Positions 39,301 through 53,400 of a stretch of DNA of 64,000 nt are shown piece after piece. The translations under genes and the position numbers were made by a program. The DNA is from Tubiluchus corallicola. Taxonomy: Eukaryota; Animalia; Priapulida. Under the pieces are notes generated by a model, which was not told where the DNA came from, made no database searches, and saw only the letters and a program-made list of their open reading frames with translations. The stretch is from NCBI GenBank assembly GCA_030141605.1, contig JAQGDQ010000032.1, forward strand, positions 882,056-946,055. Reading direction: 5' to 3'. Positions within the stretch are counted from its first letter, which is position 1. Every line of letters begins with the position of its first letter.

Positions 39301-42300
39301 GAAGAAACTCAGGCTGAAAATTGTGAATGCACAATAAAGTGAGTCTCTTAAAGGCTATAACTGACAGCTCTGGACGTTTTTGAGAATCTGCAGCCGGCAT
39401 GGCTGTGATTAAGAAACCTTATTTGCGCTAGAGGTGCATGTTAAGGGAGAAATCTCCTCTAAAGAGATAACGAGAATTTGCGACGTCACAAATCATAATT
39501 AAGGCGCGTCCAGCTGGCCAATGCGAACACCCGATAGAAACGGCGGTCGTGATACAGTTACTTGTTGAGATCTTTCGTTGAATTTTTCTGTTCAATGAAA
39601 AAAATCCGTAAAAGAGGTAAGTTTTGCTTTTAATTATTGTTTTTTTTGTTTTAGAGAATTTTCGATAAATTGTCGTGCTTACATTGACGGCACACCTGAC
39701 TTTGATGACTTTTTTCATGCCCATTAACCGACAAATTTCGTGCAAAGATTTAATTGATCTATCTCGAAGCAATTTTACAGATGTTTAGAGAGAAGATATT
39801 CCTTCAGTCACTGAGCCATAGATGATACCACTGTTATTACCTCTAATAAAAATAAATTCAAAACTTCACTTCCAAATACGTTTTTAAATGTATGTAATAT
39901 TTTTTGTAAAGCAATATTTGTCAATAAATTGGGCCTGTTTGTACTCACAGTGCGGAGGCCTTACGAATAAGCAATAAAGTAACTACTAACTAGTAAACAG
40001 TGTAAATAACAGTAAACTTTTTACTTATGTCAGTTTGCTTGCTGTTGAAGATCTGGTGACGAGAGTTGATAATTTTGCAAGTTATGCAAACTAAATAATA
40101 CAAATACCAGTACGTCTTGTAGTGACTAAACACTAAGTTTATGTGTGACTTTATATTTACATATATACCTATATTTATATTTATATTTACATTTACAGTT
40201 ACATTTATATTTCTATTTGCATTTTTTTGAGTCGTTGCATGGTTACTGGCATTAATAGTTTCTGCCAGATAACTGAGTGCTGCTAATGGTTTTATATCAA
40301 ATTAAAAAATGTTTATTCTCTAATACACAATTAAATATTGTAAGCCAGCGGACTCGACATAGAGATTTGCCGAATGTTAAATGACCAAACCGAACTGAAA
40401 ACAAATTTTAACATCTGCAGTGAGCCGTAATTCTTAGTTGTTGCAAAGCTGGATCGAAATCAATTTTGCACATAAGAAACTTTATAAAACAAACCACAGC
40501 TTTTGAATGTAAGTAAAAAAGCAATAAAAGAGTTTAATGAATTTCAAATTTTGATTTATTAATATATTTATATATTCAGTTACAGAAATAGAGGCATCTT
40601 TTTGGCTTGCACAAAAAACAGGGAAGAGATCTCGACACCATACAGAGTATAGGTGAGATTATAGAGAGAAAAGTACAACAACTACAAAAACAACAACAAC
40701 ATGATCATGATTCTATTTATTTAATTTGCATGTTCATCTTAGTCAAAACTGTGTTTACAATACAAAATGAATTGGTAATTTTTGTTAATTGGATGACTAC
40801 TGTTATTGTTTTTAATACAATGTACATTGGTTTTCTGTATTTTTCAAACCTAGTGTTTTTAGTAATTTTCAATAATTACTGGTAGTAGTTAAGTTTAGAA
40901 TAAAATAAGTACATTCAAAATTATTGTTCTTAGTACTTTTCAATAAACGTTGTAAGTTTTTACTATTTCTTTTATTGTGTTTTCATACAAATATAGAGAA
41001 GTACATATGCAATGACTTTTAGTGCCACTGTTTGTCAGAAATATAGTTGAACATCTTTGATGCATATCGAGATAAAGTTTTGTTTTGCAGCATTATACTA
41101 TTAATTTGTTTATGCGTAGTATTTTTTGTTTATGTTATAGTAACGCACAGAAATTTTTGGCTAAAATTGATAAACTGATGCGTTGTTCTAAATACACCAA
41201 AACTTTTTTGTCACACATGGAGACAACACAAATTAATTGTATTAGCATTTGTTTAGATAAATTTTGCTAACACTTTTAGCTGAAATTTCTACAAACACGT
41301 TTACATTTTCATTTAGTTAGGAGAGAATTATCTAGCGAGTGATGTGTCGGATAATACTTCTGCTCAAAGACAACATTAGTGCGACAAACCACATTTTAAA
41401 AATCCTTATGAAACCTGATGAAGGAAAAGAGCATTCGTTTCCCGAAATGTCTTTGTTATAAATAACGTGATTAACCTGATAGTGTTGTGATTAACTACTG
41501 TTTCTCTTTTTTCTTGCTAAAGAGCCTACACATTATACATTTATGCAACCCTGATCAAAAGAAGGCAACATAGACATGAACAGTTTATTCGTTAACAAGT
41601 ATAAAAGTTTTATTTATCTTTGAAATGTAAGTCTAAAACAAATACAAAGCATTACACCAAGTAAGAAAAGGCCATCTCAGGATAGAAATTTACTTTTGCG
41701 AATTTTTGAAAGAGATTAACCAGTATAATTAATCAGTCATCATGTCTGCACAATGTACAATGAGCGTTCAAAGTTGCAATAAGACCCATTCCTATACAAC
41801 CATAGGCTCTATTAATTACAATAATAAGTAAAATTTAATGAAAATTGGCTCGCGTTACTATAAGGTTACTATTGCCATTTACTAAACTACATCACTCAAA
41901 TACTATTAGACAGAGATTAGGATTATTAGGGGACACAACAGAAACATCACTGATCACCATACTTGTAGGCCTTTAAGGCATACTTTTGTGCTGCTTTGAT
42001 TAACTTAAGAAACTTAACAAAGATGAATAGCTTAGTGATTACTGTGCATGCTTAGTGTCCGAAGTTATGTAATGCTGTGTCAACCTGGTCATCAAATGAG
42101 TGGGTGACTGCTAGATAATCTGGGCAGTTTTATCTGCCACCCTACGGCCTCAGAAACATACCTCGTTGTTTTGTTTAGTTGAGAGAGATACATATTAGGA
42201 TGAGGAAGGATGAGTATACATATTAGAACATAGCTAAAGTACTTCTGCCTGTTCCTGTAGGCTCATCATAGAAGATTATACTTGATACCGATTGATCCTT

Positions 42301-45300
42301 GTCCTATTCCCCTACAACGAGTGGGCTCTGAGTTCTGGAAATCATCCACATTTAGGTGTCTCACAGTTTACTGGTTCATAGTATCTATGATACACAATAT
42401 CTTCTAGTACAGTACATTGGATATTGGTTTTTGCACTACATGATTTAAACAAGTCATATCACGCAAATTACCTCACCAATAATGAAAAGAATGGGAGGTA
42501 AAATTTGTCCTTGTTTCGTGCTCTAATAACTTGTATGGTGCTAACAGTTTTTGTTACAAAAGCCGCTTTTACACTGTCATTTCTTACAGCAATTAAAAGC
42601 TTGTGTCTAGTTTTTGTCTAGTCTCATAAAAGTTCATGAAACTACAAAAGGCTTTCTTTTGCAACAAAGTAGATATTGCAAAAAATGCATTAGGAAGTAC
42701 AACGTACGTTGTACAGTTTTTGTACAATGTAACAACTAAGAATAAATCAGTAAAACGATGAATAAATATCCTTTCACTGAATCACTGGTCTTTTACAACT
42801 AGTTATTAAGACCTGCAGGATACCGAACATCTGTTTGAAACGTAAAAAGATCACTAATAAAGTATGTAGAAGAATACTAATAATAGTTCTGACAGCAGGA
42901 ATTAAGAAACAGCAGCAGAGACGGAGTTTAAATACCAGTATGATACTTGCTAAGAAAAAAAGTGGGTTTTATGGTAAGTACAGAGATACCAACCGAAAGA
43001 AGGAACATGTTTTACATAAATTGTGGTCATTCTACATGCAGTAACAAACGTTACGACTAATAACAAGAAAAAACGAGCGAGGCATAACAGTTACAATGCC
43101 AACAATTTAAGCAAATGGAAACCTCTGTCCATCGTCAGCTGGAAAAGTAGCAAGGATTTTCGCTAAACACAGGATGGTAAACTAAGATGCCGGCGTCTAG
43201 GGGCCATCCACATATATCGATATCGAGTTTTCGACCGATTTCGATGACCTACCTACCTTCCATTATAATGGCGTTCTAATATGCTCCACCAACTACCTAC
43301 CTCTTATATCGATATCTTTTCGTACATTTTGCTCTTCCTCCTCTCAAGGATTGGCAAAAACATCACTTGTGTTAAATAAGCGGAAACCATGAGTGGATTC
43401 TACTAGCACCGGCGGTGGAGACGGTGGCAGACTGGCGGCCCCAATTCCCTGAACTCATTCTCATCGACCCATTCAGATAACGTAAAGTCAGATAATGATA
43501 TCACCTACCTACCTTGCACGTTTCCTTCCGCCTTCCTGCCCTAAACTTGAAATTATTATATGTGGATGATCCCTTACAAAAACGCACAGCAAACCTCACT
43601 ACTTGATGATAGGCAATACATCGCTAACTCCTGAAAGAGAACCACACGGTCAGTGCTGGCAAAATCTACAATTGTAGTAGCAAAATATTGTTACATTACA
43701 GTAGCATTTAATTTAGTAGGTACATATTTGAATTTCATTCAGTGCAAAAACTTTTACAGCTAATTCATTTGGATTTGGTTTATTACAAAAGTAATGAGAC
43801 AATGTTATATTGTGTGAAAAGATTTGTAGGATTTGTTATTATACAGTAGCGCAGTTTAGGGTTAAGGAACGTAGAGATTTAAACCTTTAAATCTTCGATC
43901 CTTGCTGGGTCATTTTGACTTTAATGCCCTTGTTGCCAGCCATTTTGGATAGCCTTGACCTTGAAGCAGTATTTTTATGACAGACCACACGTATGTTTAT
44001 ATCAGCAATACATAGAACACGCAATACATTCATGCCATCTCAAATGCCACCAATCTACGAAAAAGTCCCAGCGTTTTTCTTAGCACCCACCGTTTAACAA
44101 AAATAAAAAAGTCGAGGTTAAAAAAATTAATTTTGACACAGTCGTGAGGATTCAAGCTAATTGAAGTAGTTTTTGGTAATTGTGGGGTTCTTTGCTACAG
44201 GAATTCATAAAAAAGTACAAAACGTTTTTGATGTGTCAATTAGTTTTTATGAAAACCATTGATAGTCATCAAACTAAGTGCTGTGAAAATTATTTTCTAT
44301 AATGTATGCTACATACACGAGTGTACCATGTGATATCTGACGCAACTGAAAACCTTCTATCAAGTGACTGTCGATGTAATATAATAGCCATAGTGTAGTT
44401 TAGTGTTGCTTAGCTTAGTTTACACAAATAATGTAATATCCGCTACGCTTAAACCGCATGGCGGATATTACATTCCGTGGTTTAGATTAAGTTTATTGCC
44501 ATATACAACATACAAAGGCAAACTGAAATATTATTTAGCAAGCGCAATAAAAAATAATGTTAGCATGTAAAGCAAAAGTATTAAATACGTGTCTATAGTT
44601 TAGGTATTTTTGTGACAAAAAAGTCCACTGACTTACTCACTTATTTATGTTGCAATGAGTTAGGCCTGCATATTAATTTTCTATAAGTTGACAGATAAAG
44701 ATAGTAATGAGCTATTTGTATACTGGTTAATAATGTACATTAAAACACCCAACTTCTTTTAGACAGAAGGATTCTGCGATCGCAAAGCACATACCGATGT
44801 TCAGCACAACAGACGTGCACCTAATCAACAGAATAGGAAGTGCCAGTTACAAAGTGCTTGGGAGGTAAATGAAACTATGTTCCATTTCAAACGATGCTGA
44901 ACACAGAAAAAACTTTATGACATAGCAATTAATAGCTATTAGTTTACAGCAATTAATAAAAACGTTCCGTAAATTGTTAAAACAAAATATCACGTTGGGA
45001 ACTTAGGTAACACAACATACAATATTTTTTCAGTTCTTTATCTTTCAGTTTTAGAAGAAATTATGCATGGGAGCTAAATCAAAGGCGAGGAAATATGGTT
45101 GGTTTTGAAAAACGCGTTTTGAAAACATTCCCATTGACTTTCTAGTCCCAACGCGTTAATAATTTTTTACAATATTACAGAACAAATTAACGTTGATATT
45201 CTAGTTTTTCTCATTAGTATTCTCTTGAGTCTTTGCACTAATTAGTTTTATTCTAACAGTATCCAGACTTACCAATAATCTGTGCTATAAATAGTGTGCA

Positions 45301-47424
45301 AGACTATAAATACTAATCAGCTATAAATAATGATAAAGACATGCAGAAAGTGCAACCAACTACAACCACAATAGCTAAAAGCATTACAATGTTACATGGA
45401 AGTTAAAAAAACAGCTTTATGACATATAATATATGAATTTATTCCACAGCAACACATAAACATACATACAAATTGTTATTACACTGAAAAAAAATTATAA
45501 ACTAAACGAGTTACTGTGAGGAGGAGGAAGGAGCATTAAGCTTTCGAGTCCTCCTCCAGATAAGCGGAACAATTGACAATTAACATTACATAGTATTTTC
45601 ATCAGTTATAACGTACATTAGAACAATATACGTTTTGTTAGTAACTTTATCTTTTTTTTGTTGCAGGTTATAGAAAATCACGAAGATTTCAGAGACACAA
45701 ATTTCCCAAGGAAAGTCTGTAATTTGGACCCACAGTTTAACATCGTTAAGACTTTGCCAAAACGAACAGTTCTTATCTTGGACACGTCGGGCAGTATGAT
45801 GTTAAAAGATAGGCTTCTGGGCTTATTACAGGTATGAAATGAAATGTATTTTTCTTCAGACGTTAAATACTAATTCTGAGTTACAAGCTGCTAAATGTAA
45901 TAATATTGTAACTGCAGGCATGCCGTCAATATATTCTTGATGCAGCACAAGATGGAGAATACGTTGGCATTATCCAGTTTAAACTGGATGGTATAGTCTT
46001 GGCAAATTTATCTCAGATAACTGAAGATACTCGTCGCTTGCTCATTTCTAAATTACCAAAAAGGCTGGCGGGTGGGACTAACATTGCAAAAGGTGCGTTC
46101 TCTTGAAACTATTTTATTGAAATTTTGTTTCTTCATATTTTATTATACATGGACGAAAAATTCGTCAGTGAGACTATAATTATTATGTCATCGCCCCCAC
46201 CCCCGGGCCTCATCCAGGAAATCAACTCAAAGCAACTGTCGGAGAGTTTACTATAGCTTGCCGATAGTAACACAGAAAGCTGTTCACACTTGCGAGTTTG
46301 CTGTTACAGCGTAAATTCGCGACAGAAAACTTACTAGTCTGAGTCGCACCCAAGCAATCCATTGGCTTTCCATGCTTAATAAGTTTGCGAGTGCTTGAGT
46401 TTGTCTTAGTTTGCTATAAGTAACTTATGGAAATCAATGGTTGGGTCACTGTAACAAGTTTTTTAACACAATTTTGTATGCACAGAGAAATGGTACGGCC
46501 ACTTCATACTGATGATGCAGACAGCGACACGTGGTTTAGACTAGTGTAGTTTCGAACTTTTTCGTTGATTTAGGGAGTTGGTGTGTTTTAAAACATAGTT
46601 TGACGTGCATTTATGTATTTAAAGGTTTGATACTTGGATTAAAGGTCCTATCTGAAATAGACGGAAAGCCAGCTCCGCCAAACGGTGGCAACCTCCTCGT
46701 TGTTTCTGATGGCCAGGAAAAATCAAGACCTCATATAAGTGACATAGAAGCTGAGGTAACAGAACTTATAGTTACATGATTTTGTGGCCAGTTGTTTCTG
46801 GCAAATACAATGCAGTTTTTGTAGAAAAAGTAACATTTTGAAACACAGTATTATAAGTTATCCCTTCTAATTTAAATATTTAACGAAACCACGATTGGAA
46901 CGATATATCAGCTTTAATATCCATGCAAAGTCCACAACGGCTCCTTCACGAATGACCAAAGTCCATGTTCGCCACCCGCCCTTACCACAACTAGAGTTCT
47001 CTATTTTTTCATTTTCTGGTTGGCAAAATGTTGATTATTAGGGGGATTTTAATCATACGTGACGATGGCGCTCTCGAAGGTGATGAAATGATGGATATGG
47101 TAGCAATAATAATTCAGTTGACTATGCTGCTGCTAATGATGATGATGATGATGATGATGTCAACGGCGACGACGACGACGACGGCGAGCAGTTGCAATTT
47201 TTATACGTTTTTATATTTAGCTAATTGGGTCAGGAGTTACGATAGATTCACTTATTGTGGACTCATCAGCACCAACAAAGTTAGAAGAAATTTCGAAGAA
47301 GACACGCGGTTCCGTATTTTACTGTAACGCGGACGCGAATGTTAACGTCATGAACGAAGCATTATCTGTGACAACAACTAGAAAAACATTTAGTGAGTAA
47401 AATTCCAATCTCTTTGATTGAGTG

Positions 47425-47456
<32 letters not shown>

Positions 47457-48219
47457 TGTGTGCGTGTGTGCGTGTGTGCGTGTGTGCGTGTGTGTAATTG
47501 TTCTAATATTAGTGTAAGGCCAATCATAACAATGTGATACACATTATGCAGGTTAGCAGTATATTAACCTAAATTAACGACACATTTCTAAACAATGGAA
47601 CGTTTGCTTTTTTCTCATAGATAAGCGCGATATAGTAGTAACTCTGATCAGCGATACAGCATTCGTAAATTTTGCTGACAGTATTGAAGTTCCATTCTTT
47701 GTCGATTTCACTATTGGCCGAACTCTGAAATTGAGAATTGGATATAACAATAATGCTACTAAAACCGTAGATGTTGTCCTTCATGGACCAAACAGTGAAA
47801 TGTGGAGTTCTACTTCGTCGGAGTATCGGATTAATAAAATGTTTCAGAGTATTGACATAAATTTACGCGAGCCAGCAAAGGTAAACTTTAAATTTTTAAT
47901 CTGTTGCCACTCATTTTCTTTTTGCAGACGTTATAAGTTGTTCGGTTAATTCCTAGTTTAGCAGGCTCAAATGTCTTCAGAACTGGATATTGGCTTATAC
48001 CATTCAATGATTTTTACTGACCAATGTAAAAGCCTTAATAAATAAACGTCAGTGTTAATGTCATCATCATCGTCGCCATCATCGTCATTATCGTCGCCAT
48101 TATCATCATTAGTAGCAGCAGCAGCAACAAATTCATTGTCAAAATCGTCACCATCAACATCATCATTCAGCAGCAGCATCTTTGTCATCATTACTATCAT
48201 CATCATCATCATCATCATT

Positions 48220-48263
<44 letters not shown>

Positions 48264-50311
48264 TGCCATCATCATCATTCATCATGTAGTCGTCTTATTG
48301 AAATTGTCATTATTGGCAGTACCTACCCCGGGTACTAAATCACATTCCAGCGTCAGCTCCTCCCAGTAAAGGAAGCACATCCCGCCGTCACTAATTACCA
48401 GACATCCGGAATACGTATGCGCTATGCGGATGCAGAATAGATAAAATCTGTTTATATTATTTTCAATGCACCCGTTCGTCTTACCTGAGCTATGCGTTAA
48501 TTTTTCTGCAGCTATTTCCTATTGATTTTTTGATACGCTGCTATTTCGCAGGTGGATAACGCATAACGTATTCCAGAAGTCTGATAAACGCCACTTAAGT
48601 AACACAATATTTTTAAATATCCAAAATAAAATTTAAAATGTCTTCCTCGACAAAAGCGTCAGTGTCTTACAAATATTTTAAAACAAAAGTATACGCCCGC
48701 AAAACCGCTTACTTGCAATGCGGTATGTTTACGTGCAATGTTTACACTGAAATTCAAAAAGTGACTAGAATTCAAACCCTAACTTAAGCTCTTGGCTTAT
48801 ACCAGGAACTTAAATATTTGGCAGGCCATCTTTCTGAATGATACTGTAAAATAGTGCAGGCAGTACTGTTGCTATACATTTACGTGTTTTTGTTATTTTA
48901 ATTTTAGCCTGGAATATATAAACTGATGATTGCAAACCCTAATAATGATGAGCAAAAGAATGTAACTGTGACGGTAAAGTCACGCTCTCGTCCAGAAAAC
49001 TCTTATCCGCTCCATACTGAGGCAAGTTGGAAATTTCAAGATATCACACCACCACAAAAGCAAGTCCTGCTTGTTGAAGTCTATACGGGTAAGAAATAAA
49101 GGAATATTTGTTTTGCATAGTCCACACATGTTTGTTTTGTAAACATTTTAACAATTACAGTTTTTCTTGTGTATTTTAACTTTCTGAACGATCGAAAGCA
49201 GACTAGGATAGGACAGCTGTCGTTCAAAATAAGAATTAAGTAAAAGATATTGTGAGGTGTCTCAGCCGGTACAACTTTGCCCTTTTTAAAAGACAGAAAA
49301 ACGAAAGTGCCTAAAGTAATGTTCTCTTTCCATTGACTACCTGGGCATGTAAAAACTGACGGTTTTCATTTGACTGACCAATGTTCAGTCGAATGATAAT
49401 GGTTTCCGTAGACATGAACTGGATAGTAAACCGGCGCATTAGAAATAAATATTGCACAGTTTTTTGCTTACTATGGGTTTATAAGCGTTGTTTATGTTTA
49501 AACCATGCGCACTGTAACTAGACACGTTTAGAGTTTTGACCATTAAAAATTAATATTTCGGTTTTGTCTGTATGGAATTCTAACCTCAACTAACTATGTG
49601 ACGGTAGCTGCTTTTTCACACAATTTCAGTATCATTTTAAATGTCAATGCAGGAACTACATCTTTGCGGTAGTCTTAATGTCGAATATTGGGGCAATTAT
49701 GCCACTCTAATAAGGGCTTTCTAGTTTTCAATAATCTGAAAATGTTTTGTGGCATACTGCTTCTAATAACTATATCAAAAACCGGAAACTTAGTTTTGTC
49801 CGTTTATAGAATTTTAGTATAATTGTGCATGCATGGGGGGTCCAAATTTCAATTAATTTTCATTAGCGCATTTTTACAGGTCATCGGCCAATACTAAATG
49901 CAAATGTCACAGCCTTTGTTGAAAGACCTGAAGCCCAAGACTATGTTATGAATCTGTACGACAACGGAGCCGGAGCTGATGCAAGGAAACAAGATGGGAT
50001 CTACTCTAGATTTTTTACAGCTTTCACTACCAACGGTCGCTATAGCGTTAGAGTGAGCAGTGCTTCTACATAATGTTTATCAAGTACATAAGCTTAACAG
50101 TTATATTTCTGTTATTGTACATATAAAAAATATGATGATGTGTATCTAATATTTTATAACATGAAAGTTAGAGAATATTTTTATGAATAGGAATGAAGAA
50201 AGCGTTAATTCACTAATTTTGAATGGGGGTTAAATTTATGTCTTTGACATATCTAGAGAAAACAGCCACAGAAGTAGCTATTCATTCTTCGTACTGCAGT
50301 GAGATATTCTT

Positions 50312-50350
<39 letters not shown>

Positions 50351-50370
50351 TATATATATATACTGTAGTA

Positions 50371-50409
<39 letters not shown>

Positions 50410-53400
50410 GTGTGTGTATGATGGAATTACTGAAGTATTACTGAAATAATCCATCATGTATATCACCATTACATAGATTAGATATTTATTTACTTTTGCT
50501 CAACCGTAAATACCTTGCAGGTGCATGGTACATCGAGTCTGCGGCGAAACAAACATAAAAACAACTCATTTCTATTGACATCTGTTCCAAAACAAAAATA
50601 AAATAAAATTATCAACACGGAAAATAACAAAAATAGTTATAATTGAGCCGTTAAGCTAGTTATCGTGCAATACAAACACAATTGCATCTCATATCCATCG
50701 GTATTCTGTTAACACACAGTAAGCATATGCACAACTTTTCATCATCTTCCAAATTCATTAATTTTCCACTATTAGATACAATATAGGGAAAAGTGTGTTG
50801 GCTGTTCAGCTAGATTCGACCATTGCATCAACTAGTAGCTTTCTCAAACTTCCGGATTGAAAAGAATAAATTTAAATCTGACACATCATTAAAAAAATTT
50901 AGTTTCTGGCAAAACAAAATTGCGTGGCATTGCTTTGTTATTTTCCCGCAACCTGAAAAAAGAAAACTCTGAACTTCTTGTTCAACAACTTCTTGTTTAG
51001 GAAATTCTGTTTTTTATGTAAAAAGGTAACAGTGCAGAACATCAATACAAACACGGTAACTGGATCGACTAAACTCTTTGGCCGACGTCTTCCATCAAAT
51101 GGTGCAATAATTGAGAAAGTGGAGGAGACGGGTAATTTTCAACGTCATACAAATGGAGGCGCATTTACTTTGCGGAATTTCAACAAAGGTAAGGTAAAAT
51201 TTTGCGCTTCAAAATTAACTAAAATCACGAAGTAGATGATGGCAAAGTATTTGTCTGTATTTGTAGTTCTGAAAGTCACATGTGCAATTTTTTTCTTTCA
51301 GCTGAAAAGTATTACCCGCCGAATGACATAACTGATTTGAAAGTTACGAGAATTGACAAGCATAAGAAACACCTGCATCTAGAATGGACAACGCCAGGCA
51401 GTTCTCTTGATTCTGGCAAAGGTGCTTCAATAGTATGTTACTACATCTCTGCGTCGTGTGCATCATTTTTCTGTGTCAGCTGCCGGTGCGTCGTATTTTT
51501 GCGTCATATTTCAAAGGTTGACGCGGAGACAAATTAGACGTATTACTCTTGGTGCTCATAATTCATCCATTTCTGTTAAATGAAATTTTAGCATTTAATC
51601 GGAAAAAGCAATACAAATAATTACAGAGCGGATTTAAATAAAATGAGTTTTAATATATAAAATAATATTTTCATCACCTTCATCGTTTCTTTCTTGCTGA
51701 TTTTTTTTAATATTCTCCTATCTTGCGCAAATAATAATGGTATTTTTTCATATACATTTTTCGTAATGTGTGACAAAATTAGTAAAAATAACTAAATAAA
51801 CAAACAGTAAAGTCAGTGAGTTTACTTCTTCCTTTCAGCTTCTCGCTACGAGATGTTCTTTGGCAATGACTTTGAAAAACTGATTAGCAACACTTCTGAT
51901 CAGGTAGGACGTATTACTGATGTAGTTTTTCCTGGAAGCATGTGCACGCTCAGCAAGATGTTGCATGGTGCTTGATCATTGCAATAGATGGCTTGGCAAA
52001 CTGTACAGGTTATTGAGGTTATCGTTATTATTGCAATTACAAGGGCGACGCATGATAGTAGCGAATATGTGCTCCTGACAATAATAGTTCTCCAATTTGT
52101 ATACTTACAATAAAATATAAAAAGGCACTTTTATTTGCAGGTGAAAATCAAGCAAACTCAGGTCGTATCTGGAAATCTTACCGATCCATCTGAATGCTGC
52201 AGGAAAGAGAATTTAACTGTTCGGGTTTTTGTCACAGGTATTAATGGCATATAAAATAGGAACAGTAAACCTGTATTGATAAAATAGGCATTTATTACTC
52301 ACGTTATTATATGATACTATATCTGGATTGTATTTCATTTTATATGCCTCACTCTAATAAACAATGTGCAATACATTTCTTCTGATTACATAAATATAAA
52401 AAGCGACTGGAAAAAAGCGCGAGCTACTTGAAAGGGAGATTGAAAAAATCCTATGCCTTACGGCATTGAAACAGAATTCGGCGGAACAAGTGTTCATCAC
52501 ATGTAATACAATCTACCATAAAAAAGGTGTATGTTTGTGCATAGCGGAAGAAGCATTATAATGCGTTCCGATAAGAAAATGTGAAATTCCCTCCTTCGTT
52601 TATGAGAGGAAGTTATAAGTAACGCTTACCAGCTTACCAGGTTCTCAATATAAACAAAGTTATGGCTAATTCTACACTATTGTAATTCAACAGTATGAAC
52701 GCTATAGGTTTGTATTGGTAATAAGAGTTATTGACTTACTGCAGCCCTATATCAGCATTCTCTACGTGAAACAAGAATTATATTCTCGCGTTATACTCAT
52801 CCAGCATCTTGAAAAGACCTTGTTTTTCACACTAACCCGATAACTCAGTGGGTCATCCTACATATTATTATTATAAGTCTGTTTATTGAAACAATAGATA
52901 CATTGCTTCCCCTCTATTTGCAGGGGTTCAATTACAACTAAATGACTATTTACAGTAATGTTACAATATCTATTTCATACATAATACGTGCATAAGTAGA
53001 AGTTGAATCCATAAGCTGCCTTTCAGTTCCAGATTGTACTTAAGCTACATTGACTATACACGTCATATAAACACTTGTACTTGTACATTATAAATTATAA
53101 TATACGTGTAATTGTCTTATTTTATCTACATCATAACAGTATAAATAAATTAATTAATTAAGATTATTTACCATAACTTCTTATGTACAGTATCTTTAAT
53201 GACATCTACATACGTCTTACATACTGCTTCATCCCTTTTGAGATAAATTTCGCATAAGTTTCCTGTAGGTAGAACATGGCAGATTTAGTCCTTAATGCTT
53301 CATTGCAGCTACATTATATTATGAACAGCTAGTAAAAATAATGTCCACACTGCTTCTGCATTTCTATTTTGTAGTGCCACAATGACTTCTGGAAATTTTT

